Part shown: positions 11,133-22,744 of the stretch, one piece after another | Position numbering within the stretch: the stretch's first letter is position 1 | Layout: the number at the start of each line of letters is the position of its first letter | Assembly (NCBI GenBank): GCA_965208905.1 | Contig: OZ242365.1 | Location: 1,056,001-1,120,000, forward strand | Source: Nitrosopumilaceae archaeon | GTDB taxonomy: Archaea; Thermoproteota; Nitrososphaeria; Nitrososphaerales; Nitrosopumilaceae | Reading direction: 5' to 3' | DNA: 64,000 bases | Position numbers and translations under genes: made by a program | The notes under the pieces: generated by a model | What the model saw: only the letters and a program-made list of their open reading frames with translations | Database searches by the model: none | What the model was told of the DNA's origin: nothing

Positions 11133-11627
11133 ATGACCAAAGGGCGTGGCAGATTCAGCAAGAGGGGCCTTATACTGACCGTTATCATACTAGCAGCCAT
11201 AACTGCTGCGAGCTTTATTGTATATGTGGTACCGCAAAATTCTGGTACCATCTTTGTAACTACAGATTATGCGGCCCAACTTGACTCTGTCTCAAACATA
11301 CACAACACACTACAGATATCCTTTCAAGAACAGTACGAGATGGTGTTAAGCGGGCAAATAACCGTAGACGAGTATGTCCAGGCAGCTCAGGTGTTGTCGG
11401 ACCAGACTGTAGGTCAGATATCCATACTGGCCACGACTGGCCCGCCAGCAGAGTGGTCTGAGAGCTACTCGGCGTATACCGAGTCATTACGTGCATTTAA
11501 CAGCATGCTGCGCGAATCTGTCATATTGATGGATGATATGCAGAGTGTGGATACTCTAAATCGTATAGCGCAATTGAATACTACCACCCATGACTATATT
11601 GAGATGTCTGCATCTGCAAGACCATGA
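11133..11627 (+). CDS. Membrane-anchored hypothetical protein
   Basis: Basic N-terminus plus TM helix; stop overlaps the tsr3 start (ATGA). Confidence 0.75.
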   Translation: MTKGRGRFSKRGLILTVIILAAITAASFIVYVVPQNSGTIFVTTDYAAQLDSVSNIHNTLQISFQEQYEMVLSGQITVDEYVQAAQVLSDQTVGQISILATTGPPAEWSESYSAYTESLRAFNSMLRESVILMDDMQSVDTLNRIAQLNTTTHDYIEMSASARP

Positions 11628-12121
11628 CGTATGATATAGTACAGATTGTTATGATGGGTCAGGATGATCCTAAAAAATGTACAGCTGCAAAGTTGGTAAA
11701 ATTCAAGATGGCTATACCCGTAAGACGCATACCTGTCAACAGCATGCTGTTACATCCATACGCTGATGAGGTCCTCCTTCCTAGGGATAATAATCGTAAC
11801 ATATGCGCAATTGACTGCTCCTGGAGACTGGCATCACAAGAGTTCACCCGTATAATGTATAGTCATGGGCGACATCTGCCTCCATTACTGGCAGGCAATC
11901 CCACAAACTACGCAAAGATAGGCAAACTTAGTACAGTTGAGGCGATATCTGCCGCACTATACATAACTGGATTTATGGATAGAGCCATCTTGCTGTTAGA
12001 TAAGTTTCGATGGGGTCATACATTTTTAGAGCTGAACGCCGGCCCACTACAAGAGTACTCAGGTGCCCACACTAAAGACCAAATGTATGATATAGCCAAG
12101 TCATACAGACTTTTGCCTTGA
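11624..12121 (+). CDS. tsr3: 16S rRNA aminocarboxypropyltransferase
   Basis: DPKKCT, DCSW, LPPLLAGNPTNY, LSTVEA, FRWGHTFLELN. Confidence 0.95.
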   Translation: MTYDIVQIVMMGQDDPKKCTAAKLVKFKMAIPVRRIPVNSMLLHPYADEVLLPRDNNRNICAIDCSWRLASQEFTRIMYSHGRHLPPLLAGNPTNYAKIGKLSTVEAISAALYITGFMDRAILLLDKFRWGHTFLELNAGPLQEYSGAHTKDQMYDIAKSYRLLP

Positions 12122-14539
12122 TCTGACATATCTGTACGATATGCCAATACCAATCAGTATGGCTACTATGGGAATTACGACCCACCACGCTTCATTATCC
12201 TGAGGCATTGCCTGAACCTCCACTTCTTCTGAGGTGGGTAATTGGGCATCTGTCACGAAAAAGCCACTGGAGTATGAGTCCGGCCTTAACACTGTATCGG
12301 ATAATGCAAATATCTTAAAGTTGGCAACACCCTCTGTCAATGATGTGGTATCTACAAGTATTGTATTTCCTTGGGGCTGGGGTATCACATCTCCAGATGC
12401 CACAACACTATCAGTTGAATCTGTTACAAAGTATTTGAGGTTGGTTGCATGCATTGTATTTACGACCACTTCCATGGGGCTATTGACGCTGACCGTCTCT
12501 GGAACTGATATGTCTGTAATGCGGGGTATGCTTACATTCTCCAAATGCGACCATTCATCTGCTGCAAACGGGTAGTTGTCACTTTGGAACTGCTGTATGG
12601 TTATAGTGCGAGCTTCTGGCGAGTATCCCTGTACAGTATATGGGCCATTGCTGATGGCGGCATGATTGTACTCTTTTATCCATGATATGGCCGCGTCATA
12701 TCGTTCTGTGTGAGTATTAGTGATACCTGATAGTGCTACAGGCGTAACATTGTTCTCTTGAAACTCCTCTAGATACTGTAACAGTATGGCCGCATCATCG
12801 GGAATCAATACTGATAGCCAGCTTACCTCCTTTACAGTAGCAGCTGATCTGGAGAAGGCGGTCTTATCGTCTATGACTGCCTGTTCCATGGCATAGTATA
12901 TCTCCCACGGCATGGCCAGTCCCAGGACTGACCAGTCTGCTATCTCTCCCTCATCAAAGTGCCAATAATCTACGTATACTTCTAGTGTATTCTCGTCTAT
13001 GACTCGAATCCCCTTTATGCTGTCCAGTGCTTGAGATGCCTTAGGTGTATAGTCTGGATCAAAGGATCTGTCATCTTCTCCTTCTTGTGTGCCCCACTCG
13101 GCTAGAAAATAAGCCGAGTATAGTACGTCCTCCATACTTGTTTCAATGCCATGGTGCCAACTACCAAATGTATAATGTATGATGGCATAACTGGTTGCGT
13201 TCACTCCTTCCCCCACATCTGCCCACGACTGTGTTGAAACATCCCACAGTATGGCATCTGCAGGTACATCCATTGTGCCATGCGGACCTGCAGTCTCTAC
13301 CTCCCATGTGGCTCCTATGGGCATGACTTCTCCTGAATATGGGTGTCTGAATATTGCAGGATCCCAGACTGTATTCCATATGTGTCTGCTGTAGATGTCA
13401 CTGAGCCCTCCGACCGGATTCCATGAACCCTGATATATCTGCTTGACCCCTATATCTAGAGTGTCTTTGTCGGCACGTGCATTTATGGGTGTGAATCTTG
13501 TGGGTACGCCTGCACCAAAGTCGTTTATGACTCCATCTATACCTTCATGTACTGCATATTGGTCCGTCCGTCCAGCTAAAAATATACGCACACTCTCGTC
13601 TACACCTATTGATACTGCCTGTCGAATCAACCCGACTCTCTCCTCTGCAGATGCAAAACTACCTGTGTATATGGCCTGTGTCAAGTTGTCCAGACGTGGG
13701 TTCTCATAGTTCCAGAAGGTGGGGTCGTTATATCCGGGCATCAATGAGAACCACGGGGAGTACATCTGCGCCAGACCTGTAGAGTCATACCTGACAAAGC
13801 CGCTACGGCCCCATCCTTCTGTGTATATGTGCCAACCTAAATCTGCCGGATTGGCGCCATACACAGCAACAAATGCCTTGTTCAGATCACCATAGTCCCT
13901 GTGTACTATAAAGCCCGCCTTCTCCAGCTCAAATGATAGTATCTCACCTATGGATTTACGTGTGGGGTCATCACTTCGAATTACCACCTTTATCTCCACT
14001 GATGAGCCATTCATCATCCACATGTCGTTCTCTTTTATGGCGCCTGCATTGGTCATTGCCTCATGTATCATTGTATTTGCAAGTATTGGATTATATACAA
14101 AGTTGTATGATTCTATTTCTTCCAACACTGATATGTATTCGGGATCATGCGGCCCGTAGTATGACATCATTATACTGCCATATCCACCCATCAACTCATT
14201 CACTATCAGGCTACGATCCACCATGTAATTTAGTGCAAAACGTATCTCTTGTATGGAGAATGGATTGAACGTATCTGCAACTGCCGGATTCACCAGTAGA
14301 CTGTATGAGTTTCCACTAGATGCATACACCTTTAATCCCTCACGATCTTCAGGTTCAGCCAACCGTTCAGATGGAATCCTCCAAAAGTACATATCGATAT
14401 TGCCTTTCCGGACCTCTTCTAATGCAGTATCCTCGTCCAGATACTGTATGAATCGTACCGTATCAAAGTTTGTATCTGCGTATGCCACACCTGAAAACAA
14501 CACCACTACCGATACAATGGGTATGGCGTAATGCAACAT
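12101..14539 (-). CDS. ABC transporter peptide/nickel substrate-binding protein
   Basis: Signal peptide, NPFS...IRFALNYMVDR family-5 SBP pattern, C-terminal TM anchor. Confidence 0.88.
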   Translation of the reverse strand: MLHYAIPIVSVVVLFSGVAYADTNFDTVRFIQYLDEDTALEEVRKGNIDMYFWRIPSERLAEPEDREGLKVYASSGNSYSLLVNPAVADTFNPFSIQEIRFALNYMVDRSLIVNELMGGYGSIMMSYYGPHDPEYISVLEEIESYNFVYNPILANTMIHEAMTNAGAIKENDMWMMNGSSVEIKVVIRSDDPTRKSIGEILSFELEKAGFIVHRDYGDLNKAFVAVYGANPADLGWHIYTEGWGRSGFVRYDSTGLAQMYSPWFSLMPGYNDPTFWNYENPRLDNLTQAIYTGSFASAEERVGLIRQAVSIGVDESVRIFLAGRTDQYAVHEGIDGVINDFGAGVPTRFTPINARADKDTLDIGVKQIYQGSWNPVGGLSDIYSRHIWNTVWDPAIFRHPYSGEVMPIGATWEVETAGPHGTMDVPADAILWDVSTQSWADVGEGVNATSYAIIHYTFGSWHHGIETSMEDVLYSAYFLAEWGTQEGEDDRSFDPDYTPKASQALDSIKGIRVIDENTLEVYVDYWHFDEGEIADWSVLGLAMPWEIYYAMEQAVIDDKTAFSRSAATVKEVSWLSVLIPDDAAILLQYLEEFQENNVTPVALSGITNTHTERYDAAISWIKEYNHAAISNGPYTVQGYSPEARTITIQQFQSDNYPFAADEWSHLENVSIPRITDISVPETVSVNSPMEVVVNTMHATNLKYFVTDSTDSVVASGDVIPQPQGNTILVDTTSLTEGVANFKIFALSDTVLRPDSYSSGFFVTDAQLPTSEEVEVQAMPQDNEAWWVVIPIVAILIGIGISYRYVRSRQKSV

Positions 14540-14594
14540 GAGTACGATGATATATGCTATCTATAAAACTTTTATTGTTCTTGTGCGGTGAGTG

Positions 14595-15634
14595 TATTAT
14601 GTCGAAATTATTTCGCCTAGTCATCGGTGTCCCTCTCCATCCATTCTAAGTCACTCTTCCTGACATCATCTGGTACTTTTTTGTTGTGAAATGCCTGTAG
14701 CGGGGTCTCGCCATTGTTTATGTCTAAAGACCAGTGCAGTCGCACCTCGTTGTAGTACGCGACAAACTCCGCTAGGCTGCCAAAATGACATAGTTCTTCT
14801 TCCAAGGTGCGGTGGAACCGTTCAAGCTTGCCGTTTGTTTGTGGGTGGTAGGGGCGGGTGTTGATCAACTCAATACCCCGGTCAAGCAGCTCTGCCTCAA
14901 ATATAGTGGGGGTCCATGATTTTGCAGGAATCTTTCTTCTCACACCCACAAAGCACGATCCGTTGTCGGAGAGTATGGTGGCCGGGGTTCCAAACTCAAC
15001 AATGCTATTTTGCAGGACTGTTACCGCGTTCTCGGATGTGGTCCCCTTGAATATCATGGCTCCAACCACACATCTTGACGCATCATCAAGATATGTGATT
15101 AATTGGTAGCCTTGAAAACGTGGATCTTTCATCGCATGCCAGTCCGTATGCCACATCGCATTGGAGTATCTGCGCTCATAGCGTATCCATTTACGCCTGC
15201 GCGATTTTGCTGCAGATGGAGTGACCATATTGTTTTCTTTCATGATTGTGTATACCGTTTTTTCACTTATTTGTATGCCCTTGTGATTTAAGTACTTGGT
15301 GATCCTTGTGACGCCTGCTGGCATTATACGATGTGCTGCTAGTACGACGTTGGTTTGCTCCTCGGTGGGAGGAATCTTGGGTCTGCCTGGCATTTGTAGT
15401 GTGGGAATCTTGCCCGTTGCACGATACATTGCCCAGAGTTGTTGTACGCGTCTCTGGCTAATCTTCATCTCTGTAGCAATGTGTGATGTACTACTACCTT
15501 TCCTGCATTGTCGAATGATATAATCTATCTGCTTCTGTGTCAGATTGACTCTCATGGGTTTGCGTGATCTATATAGACTAAAATATTCTTTGGTTGGCAG
15601 TCTAAAGTTAGGGCGAACTAATTTCCGCACAATA
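14595..15634 (-). mobile_element. IS481-family insertion sequence
   Basis: Imperfect inverted ends TATTATGTCGAAATTATTTCGCC / TATTGTGCGGAAATTAGTTCGCC around a DDE transposase; no clear TSD, so ends are approximate. Confidence 0.75.
14617..15555 (-). CDS. IS481-family transposase (HTH + rve core)
   Basis: WHTD, YLDDASR, SDNG, PYHPQTNGKLERF, YNEVRLH. Confidence 0.93.
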   Translation of the reverse strand: MRVNLTQKQIDYIIRQCRKGSSTSHIATEMKISQRRVQQLWAMYRATGKIPTLQMPGRPKIPPTEEQTNVVLAAHRIMPAGVTRITKYLNHKGIQISEKTVYTIMKENNMVTPSAAKSRRRKWIRYERRYSNAMWHTDWHAMKDPRFQGYQLITYLDDASRCVVGAMIFKGTTSENAVTVLQNSIVEFGTPATILSDNGSCFVGVRRKIPAKSWTPTIFEAELLDRGIELINTRPYHPQTNGKLERFHRTLEEELCHFGSLAEFVAYYNEVRLHWSLDINNGETPLQAFHNKKVPDDVRKSDLEWMERDTDD

Positions 15635-15688
15635 GAAGAAATCTACAATAAAAAAACACTTTTGTACTCCATTCATGTATTATACATC

Positions 15689-15868
15689 ATGAAAGTAGAA
15701 TGGAACCAAGACAAATGTATTCACTCTGCCGAATGCGTAAAGAACCTCCCTGCCGTATTCATGGTCAAGGATGGAAAGTTTATCATTGAGCAGGAGGGCG
15801 CCCCTCAGGCCGATATACGACGGGTTGTCCGCATGTGTCCGTCTGGTGCACTAGAGATATCCGAGTAG
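15689..15868 (+). CDS. Small divergent 4Fe-4S (YjdI-like) protein
   Basis: CIHSAECVKNLPAVF...CPSGAL. Confidence 0.88.
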   Translation: MKVEWNQDKCIHSAECVKNLPAVFMVKDGKFIIEQEGAPQADIRRVVRMCPSGALEISE

Positions 15869-16660
15869 GCAGGCCACCGACAGAATGAGATAGTACAATA
15901 CACGTATGTATACCCTCACACCGAGCTTGCAAACTTTATTCGCATAAACAAGGCAAACCATACCATACATGTAGACATATGGCCACCCCACGGCACACAT
16001 ATTCCCATACACCAGTACATATGGAACAAGACGTTCCATGACACCGGCAATACCGTAATGTCTGATATGCATCTATCTGAGATGTATAATCATACATTGC
16101 ACCATACGGGGGATAGTGCCATACAGATAAGACTGAACAAGACCGCACTGACATTTTTGAGTAATGTATTGCATATGCACAATTATACTACAATATTTGA
16201 TATCCCCATACACGAGGCGCTAGAGTACGAGGCGCATCTAAATATTATAATCTCCATACACAACAAGACCATCCATCGTATAATGCCATACGAGTTTGAT
16301 GTGCCGTATGTATATACAATATATCGCGGCCAGCCTCTCAATGTCACCATATACAGATATCATGATGATATGGTGCATGTTGTGGCGCCATCCGAATTTG
16401 GCACCATACATGGCAAGTACTGCAATTATACGCCATGCAGGTTTGACATACAAAGGGATGCCACACACATGATTATACACAACGAGTGGAACGATACACT
16501 CACAATCAAAGTGCCGCCACTCAAGTCTGATATACGAAAGTTTGATACAATTGAGCAGTATACAACTGAGTTTGGCCCATACGCAATACCAATCATTATC
16601 ATATCTGTACTGTCATATGTTGCATATAGACGGCTGTATGGTTATCTTGCAACCCGATAA
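15869..16660 (+). pseudogene. Probably 5'-truncated exported protein with C-terminal TM anchor
   Basis: Frame of ORF 16058-16660 is open upstream to ~15869 with no ATG; C-terminal hydrophobic helix followed by basic residues. Confidence 0.5.
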
Positions 16661-16744
16661 TTAATGCTCTTTGAGTTAGCTCTCTCCGACTTGGGGGAGC
16701 TGTACTATAAAACAACTTATATTTTAGGCATGATTAGTCCACAC

Positions 16745-17128
16745 ATGGATAGTGTAAGTCATTTTGAGATTCCCGCCGATGATATAGAGCGTGCTAGAGA
16801 ATTCTACCAGAGCATATTCGGATGGCAGATATCTAAACTTCCGGATATGGACTATTACTGGATTAATGCTACTGATACAGACCACGAAACAGGAATCCCA
16901 AAGGAGCCGGGCGCAATAAACGGCGGCATGCTACGCAAGATGGACCCCAGAGCCATACCCACAATTGTAATAACCGTAGAGTCACTAGATGAGCGCCTAA
17001 AACAAGTCGTTGAAGCAGGTGGTTCTGTAATTGTACCAAAGATGGAGATAGGCAAGCATGGATTCTATGCGCTAGTATCTGACACCGAAGGGAATAATAT
17101 CGGTTTATGGCAGAACAAGCCTAAATAG
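16745..17128 (+). CDS. VOC/glyoxalase family protein
   Basis: HFEIPADD, GAINGG, DTEGNNIGLWQ. Confidence 0.92.
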   Translation: MDSVSHFEIPADDIERAREFYQSIFGWQISKLPDMDYYWINATDTDHETGIPKEPGAINGGMLRKMDPRAIPTIVITVESLDERLKQVVEAGGSVIVPKMEIGKHGFYALVSDTEGNNIGLWQNKPK

Positions 17129-17170
17129 ATACCATATAGAGTCATACATGAAAATCTGGTGTAACCATGA

Positions 17171-17837
17171 CTATGTGGTAGCAGACGACTCTGAGATAGT
17201 ATGCAGAAAGTGTGGAATTGTAATGGATGATATGGATGAAAAGACACAGGCGCCCTCACAGTCCAAGGCCAACCTGTATGAATTACGGGAAGTAGGCTCA
17301 AAGGATGCAGACCTAACCAGACTTTGAGGGTATGGCAGTCTTGATATCTGTACCATCTAATAGTACGCGAACCTTGCCTCTGTTGTTGTAATTCTTTTTA
17401 GTAAGAAGCGTCATGGTTATTTCTACCAAGCCTTCCTGACGATTTTATCACCATTGGTTTTTTCACTGGTGAAGGTCTCTTGTAGCTGATACATTGTTTA
17501 TCTTCTTCCGCTTTGGTATTACTAGTGCATCACATCTTCTCTTTGGTGTACTTTGTCGCCTCTTCATATGGAATAGAATCATCATAGCTAGTCTACCTTC
17601 GTATCCTAGTACGGGCGGACGTATCACAGATAATATAACAATTACACAAAATGGTATTACAGATATCCACACATCAAATATACTCATCATGCCAAACAAT
17701 GTGGGCAATCCCACACCAAAGAGCAGTAATGCTTGAGACCCATTAATGTACCCTAGTACGGGCATCTGGAATAGTGGCTGGTTCAAGGCGGTGGGTCTGT
17801 GAAACCATAACGCTGTCTTGTCACTGTATGATGTCAT
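17171..17837 (-). pseudogene. Degraded membrane protein, possibly PrgI/VirB3-like
   Basis: Two TM helices after a short N-terminal domain, basic region, then frame breaks; family assignment tentative. Confidence 0.4.
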
Positions 17838-18023
17838 GTATTGTATAGCGGTACTTCTAAAAAGACTCATTTCACACAAGGCAGCAAATATACTATTCAG
17901 TGAGATGTCAAGGGGTATGTAGTCTGAGCTGCGCAAGGCAAGGGTGGATACGTTCAGCCATTGATGGCCCATGGGTGTGAACTGTATCTGTCACTACTGT
18001 AAATTTAATGAACATTATTACAT

Positions 18024-19270
18024 TGGTGGGGACCCCGCTAGAATGAGAACACTCACGTTCATACAGCTTAAAGTCGTAATGGGAGGGATGATGCCATGGT
18101 AAGAACAAAGTTTACTCCAGACCAAAAGATCCAGATCGTTTTGGAATCAATCAAGACCAATATTGGCACGGCCGAGCTGTGCCGCAAGCACAACGTTCAT
18201 CCCCAAACGTTTCAAGCCTGGCGGCAAAAGTTCATGGACGCAGGCAAGTCCGGACTGACCCATCACGGAAAGAAGGATCCGATAAAGGCCATCAAAAAGG
18301 AGAACGGCGACCTAAAGCGAATCATAGGGGATCTGACAATCGCAAACGACGCTTTAAAAAAAACCTTGGAGGCAAGCAACGATTGAACGCGGTAAAAATC
18401 ATGCAGGAACAACATTTGAGCCTGCGCAAGTCGCTAGGGTATGCGGGCGTATCCAGGCGCCAATGGTACTACAAACCCAAGCCCAGAGACATGGGATTGA
18501 ATCCGGATATATTGAGCACTGTGCTAGATACGAGCAGAAAGAGGCCCACGTACGGCACACGGCGCATGGCGGCCCAGATAACGCGCGATACGGGAATTGT
18601 GGTGAACCGCAAGCAGATACAGCGGATATATCGCAAAATGGGCTACATCCAGCCACAAAATACCAAAAACGACATCATTCGAGCGGGTCAAAAGCTCTTC
18701 AAACCCAAAGCCCCACACCAGTTGTGGGAGACGGACATCACATACATCTGGTGCGGTATAGACGGCTGGTGCTACTGCTTCAACGTAATTGACTGCTTTA
18801 CGCGCAAGTGGATCGCCTACGCGTTTGATGTCAATGCCACACGAGACATTGCAATCACCTCAATCACCAACGCGGTTGCCGCAGAGAAACCTGACTGCTC
18901 ACAATTACGATTGCGTACGGACAACGGCAACCAGTATACGAGCCGCGACTTTAGACATGCGGTTCAGGCCCTTGGCATCGGCAAACATGAATTCATCTAC
19001 AAGAATACGCCGGAGCAGAACGGACATGTCGAATCATTTCACAAGACGCTGAAAAAGGAATACATCTGGCCGCACGAGTTTGCGAACTATCAGGAGGCAG
19101 AGACGATCATTGCAAAGGCCTTTGTAGATTACAACACCGAGAGGATTCATTCCTCTATCGGATACATGACACCAGTAGAATTTGCCGAACAGTTGGAGAT
19201 GACAAATAAATGATGGAAGATGTATGTAAAATCATGCCGAAAACAGTAACATTCTATGGGGTCCACTCCA
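18024..19270 (+). mobile_element. IS3-family IS, copy 1 (1247 bp)
   Basis: TG...CA imperfect IRs (TGGTGGGGACCCC / TGGAGTGGACCCC), 4-bp TSD ACAT, overlapping orfA/orfB. Confidence 0.96.
18096..19213 (+). CDS. IS3 transposase OrfAB (-1 frameshift)
   Basis: HTH OrfA 18096-18386; OrfB with WETD, TDNG, NGHVESF; slippery TTTAAAAAAAAC at ~18353-18364. Confidence 0.93.
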
Positions 19271-19946
19271 ACATTATGATGGTAATTTCAGCTAAACTCG
19301 GTACAAAAATCACACATAATATAATACACAATATACAAGCGCATCATGACTATATGTTATGTTTTAGCCCAGGAGATTGACTGTACCCATTTTGATATTG
19401 GAGAATTTTGTATGCGGACCACCATCCTATACAAAGTAGCCTCGATATACTGTGAGGATACATACACTGAATACTTGTGTATAAGAGAGAAGTTTTAGAT
19501 GACTATTACACAGTATAGTCCGACATTAGTCTATATCTAAATCTGCCCCGTTAAACCTTGGCAAGTTTTGGCAAAGTCATAATACTGATTCATACGAGGT
19601 TACACTGGTACTTTATAGCAATACTCAATTAAAAAAACCATTGAATGGTTTTCTCATGTGATGCGACCCTGTAAAACTTCTTGTTATTATATATGATATA
19701 TACAAAAACACATTCATTGACTGAATAAATACGCATAGATATAAGTACGATCACAAAGAAGAGATGTAAAAATTATAATCATCTATTAAATTTTATTTTT
19801 TTAAATTCTCCAATAATGTATAATTATTTCATTTATTAAAATCTGTTGATATATCATACTAGACACATATTGTATTACCTGAGTCTAAATTTGTACTATT
19901 ATACAATGTATATTATTATGTAGTGTGCATTTTAATCACAGTTAAA

Positions 19947-21215
19947 TCATGATCGTACCCAAAAGTTGCTCAGATTTTTTTTCACACACTTTGTAATGTT
20001 GGCAGCATATTGTACCACACGTTTGGAGTCATAATCTGTCTCCATGTATAGTGGTCCGGTCTGTCTGGGTCTGGCAAAAGCTTTACCATTTGGATGAATG
20101 GTAGTACCTGAGAGTATGTACCTCTGTCCTCCCTTTATGGGACAATGTCTTAATCCAAGGCTATCATTTTTGTGTAACCATACAACCATGCGAAAGACAA
20201 GGTCAGTCCATGACTTGACTGTCACTGTGGAACCATCTGGACACATCATTATAGTTGGTCTTTTGTTCATATCTATATTGGTGGATAGTGCAACCCAATC
20301 TTCGAATTTACCAGCCTTGGACTTTGGTGGTTCCTTGGAGCTCTTTGACTCAAGTACAGTCTTGATGAATGGGATGGTCTTTTTAAACATGTACATACTG
20401 GTAACCTTTGTTTCATAATCTCCTAATTTTCGGTGCAGTGTGGCGTAAATATTCTGTATGAAATCATACCCCTCAAACGATGGGTCTGGTGCCTGTATAT
20501 TGTATATTAATTTTACAATAGTCTTTGTTGCAGATAATGAACATATAATCATGCCACGCCTGGTCTTGAATTGTAGATGAGTACTTGTGGTGGTAACTCT
20601 CAGTCCCGGGTCCCTGCGCAAATGCCGAATAATATTTTGGCAAAGTCTTCGGGTATTGGAGCTAGTCTTTGTATCTAGATAATCTTTAATGGTATTTACT
20701 AACTGTTTGGTTTGTTTATTTGACTCAAATACTCTGTCAATTAATATTATTCCTCCTGCATATTGTAATAATTTAAAGATCTGAAGACCACATGCGACTT
20801 TACCACACATGTTAGTCTCAAAACTGGACAAATTCTGTGACACTAAAATTGCATATGTTTTATCCCAATTATACGAGGTATGATCCTTGAAGCCACTACC
20901 TTGCGTATGTGCATTGGCCGCAGTACCTTTGTTGTTTATCATTGCATCATAGTCCTTGGATATTTGCTCTAACACGTATTCATTAGTCTCACTTTTACAT
21001 GATATAATAACAAAACAGTTCTGCCTTTCATCATACGCCAATATGTCGATATGGCGTATGGGTATGCCGACCCCAAAACCCAGAGATATAATTTTAAGAT
21101 CTGGAAAAAGCGAACTAAAATTTTGATTCACAAACTGCTGAAGTGTACCATCACTGAGAAGCTGTTCCTGAGCCCTATTTGCTAGAGCCATACCAATATC
21201 CACAAATACCCTCAT
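19947..21215 (-). CDS. NucS-like PD-(D/E)XK domain + DUF5655-like domain protein with extra C-terminal domain
   Basis: Visibly homologous to 52653-53555 (LFPxLK, D...YD...F, W...YAI); start uncertain. Confidence 0.6.
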   Translation of the reverse strand: MRVFVDIGMALANRAQEQLLSDGTLQQFVNQNFSSLFPDLKIISLGFGVGIPIRHIDILAYDERQNCFVIISCKSETNEYVLEQISKDYDAMINNKGTAANAHTQGSGFKDHTSYNWDKTYAILVSQNLSSFETNMCGKVACGLQIFKLLQYAGGIILIDRVFESNKQTKQLVNTIKDYLDTKTSSNTRRLCQNIIRHLRRDPGLRVTTTSTHLQFKTRRGMIICSLSATKTIVKLIYNIQAPDPSFEGYDFIQNIYATLHRKLGDYETKVTSMYMFKKTIPFIKTVLESKSSKEPPKSKAGKFEDWVALSTNIDMNKRPTIMMCPDGSTVTVKSWTDLVFRMVVWLHKNDSLGLRHCPIKGGQRYILSGTTIHPNGKAFARPRQTGPLYMETDYDSKRVVQYAANITKCVKKNLSNFWVRS

Positions 21216-21449
21216 ACTGTGAGTATACCAACATGATAATTTAGTTTTTTGATGGTAATTTTGTGTATTATGTAAATTATCCATCCATAGTTCACCCTTG
21301 ATAAGCTTGCCTGCACAGGTTGCAAAGGAATCGCGACAAGCAGCACTAAAATGGAACCATCTAGTGTTGGGCTGTACAGTTATAGACGATAACAACTGGA
21401 CATCGTTATACATGATATCTAACTGTCATCCTTAAATTATTAAAAACAC

Positions 21450-21836
21450 TCAGGATAGATTCTTTAATGTAATATTATTCAAAAATCCATACAGATGCGC
21501 AATACTAGCTAAAAACAAAAATGGCACTGATGGCGATTGGTGCTCTAAAATTATGGGCATCACCAACCATGCTAGTGTACCCTCTATTGATATCTGTGGC
21601 AGTATGGCTCCACCCCGCCCTAAATGTTTTACAAAAATACCAAACGATAAAGAAGATTCATGTTTGCATATGATTCTGTCTTTGTAGCGTATGGTTCCAG
21701 ATATGTCCAGTGTTGTGGTTATGCTATATGCGATTATTACCGGAATTAATAATATGTTATTGGGAATTTGTATGGTTAACAGAATGCAACAACAAGCCAA
21801 TATCATAAGATAATAAAAAAATGATGGCATTATCAT
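21450..21836 (-). CDS. Hypothetical membrane protein
   Basis: Several hydrophobic helices; coupled to the upstream ORF. Confidence 0.55.
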   Translation of the reverse strand: MIMPSFFYYLMILACCCILLTIQIPNNILLIPVIIAYSITTTLDISGTIRYKDRIICKHESSLSFGIFVKHLGRGGAILPQISIEGTLAWLVMPIILEHQSPSVPFLFLASIAHLYGFLNNITLKNLS

Positions 21837-22138
21837 CGTAGCCGTAAGAGAACCACGCTAATCATGATGGTAAATACAAAGATCAAACACACTACCCATA
21901 ATAATGTCTGGTATAAGCTGTCTATCTTTTCAGTAAGTGCGGCTGGAATATTGGTGTTGGGAGGTGGCTCAAATATGTTGTCAACCCCAAAGATAAATGC
22001 TATTATATACGGCATGGCCCACACTATGAACGCCCCAATTATGGCTCCCAACAACATGGTCTGATACTTGCCTATAGATTCGGACTCTGCGTTTTTCAAG
22101 CATGCCAGATATGTCACTATCTGCTTATAACGCAACAT
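21833..22138 (-). CDS. Small membrane protein, possibly VirB2/TrbC pilin-like
   Basis: Two hydrophobic helices, LLGAIIGAFIVWAMPYII; assignment tentative. Confidence 0.45.
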   Translation of the reverse strand: MLRYKQIVTYLACLKNAESESIGKYQTMLLGAIIGAFIVWAMPYIIAFIFGVDNIFEPPPNTNIPAALTEKIDSLYQTLLWVVCLIFVFTIMISVVLLRLR

Positions 22139-22182
22139 GGCGGTACTCTGGACCGTTATAAGCAGTTATTTATGTCCGTATA

Positions 22183-22744
22183 ATGAAAAGATGCACAAAT
22201 AGCATACCTGCACTGTCTGCAATTGTGGGCATAATAATAGGTGTGGGAGTTACCGCTGCAGCGGGTTCTACACTATACCATACCTTTGAGTCCCAGACTG
22301 ATCCCTTCAAGTCTAGTTCTGCCCTGGATGTACGAAATCTCAATGCTGGTAAATATAATGTTCTATTAAGAATTACCGCTACACTACGAAACAACGGCCA
22401 GACACGAATAGATAAAATCACAATAGACAAGATATTGGTATCTAGTGTTGAGTTATTTCAAAACCCAAGCACAAATATAATTTTAAAGATAAATAGAAAT
22501 AATGTAGTATCGACCAACTATGACTACACAACACAGAGTCACAGATACCAGCACTGGTAAGATAGTGAGTATCCCGTATGGTCTATCCGAGGCACTGATA
22601 GTTGAGATTGAACCCAAAAGGTATAACCGATAAAATAAGTAACTCTGTCAATGTCTCTGACTGACTAACAATGACACTGCTAATAAAGGCCGGTGGCGAT
22701 ACCATAATTACAGATGCATATTCAACTCGGGCCAAGCTAGGATA
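22183..22744 (+). pseudogene. Archaeal type IV pilin-like gene, frameshifted
   Basis: Class-III-like N-terminus ALSAIVGIIIGVGVTAAAG; coding-like sequence continues in shifted frames after 22560. Confidence 0.55.

Noticed and set aside
18179-18360. N-terminal ~60 aa of the 344-aa IS3 ORF (also in copies 2 and 3)
   Set aside because: This is the -1 frame under orfA; it is not expected to be translated before the frameshift.
5454-22155. 13-bp inverted match GTACTCTGGACCG at ~5454 and ~22143
   Set aside because: Matches of this length are expected by chance in 64 kb.
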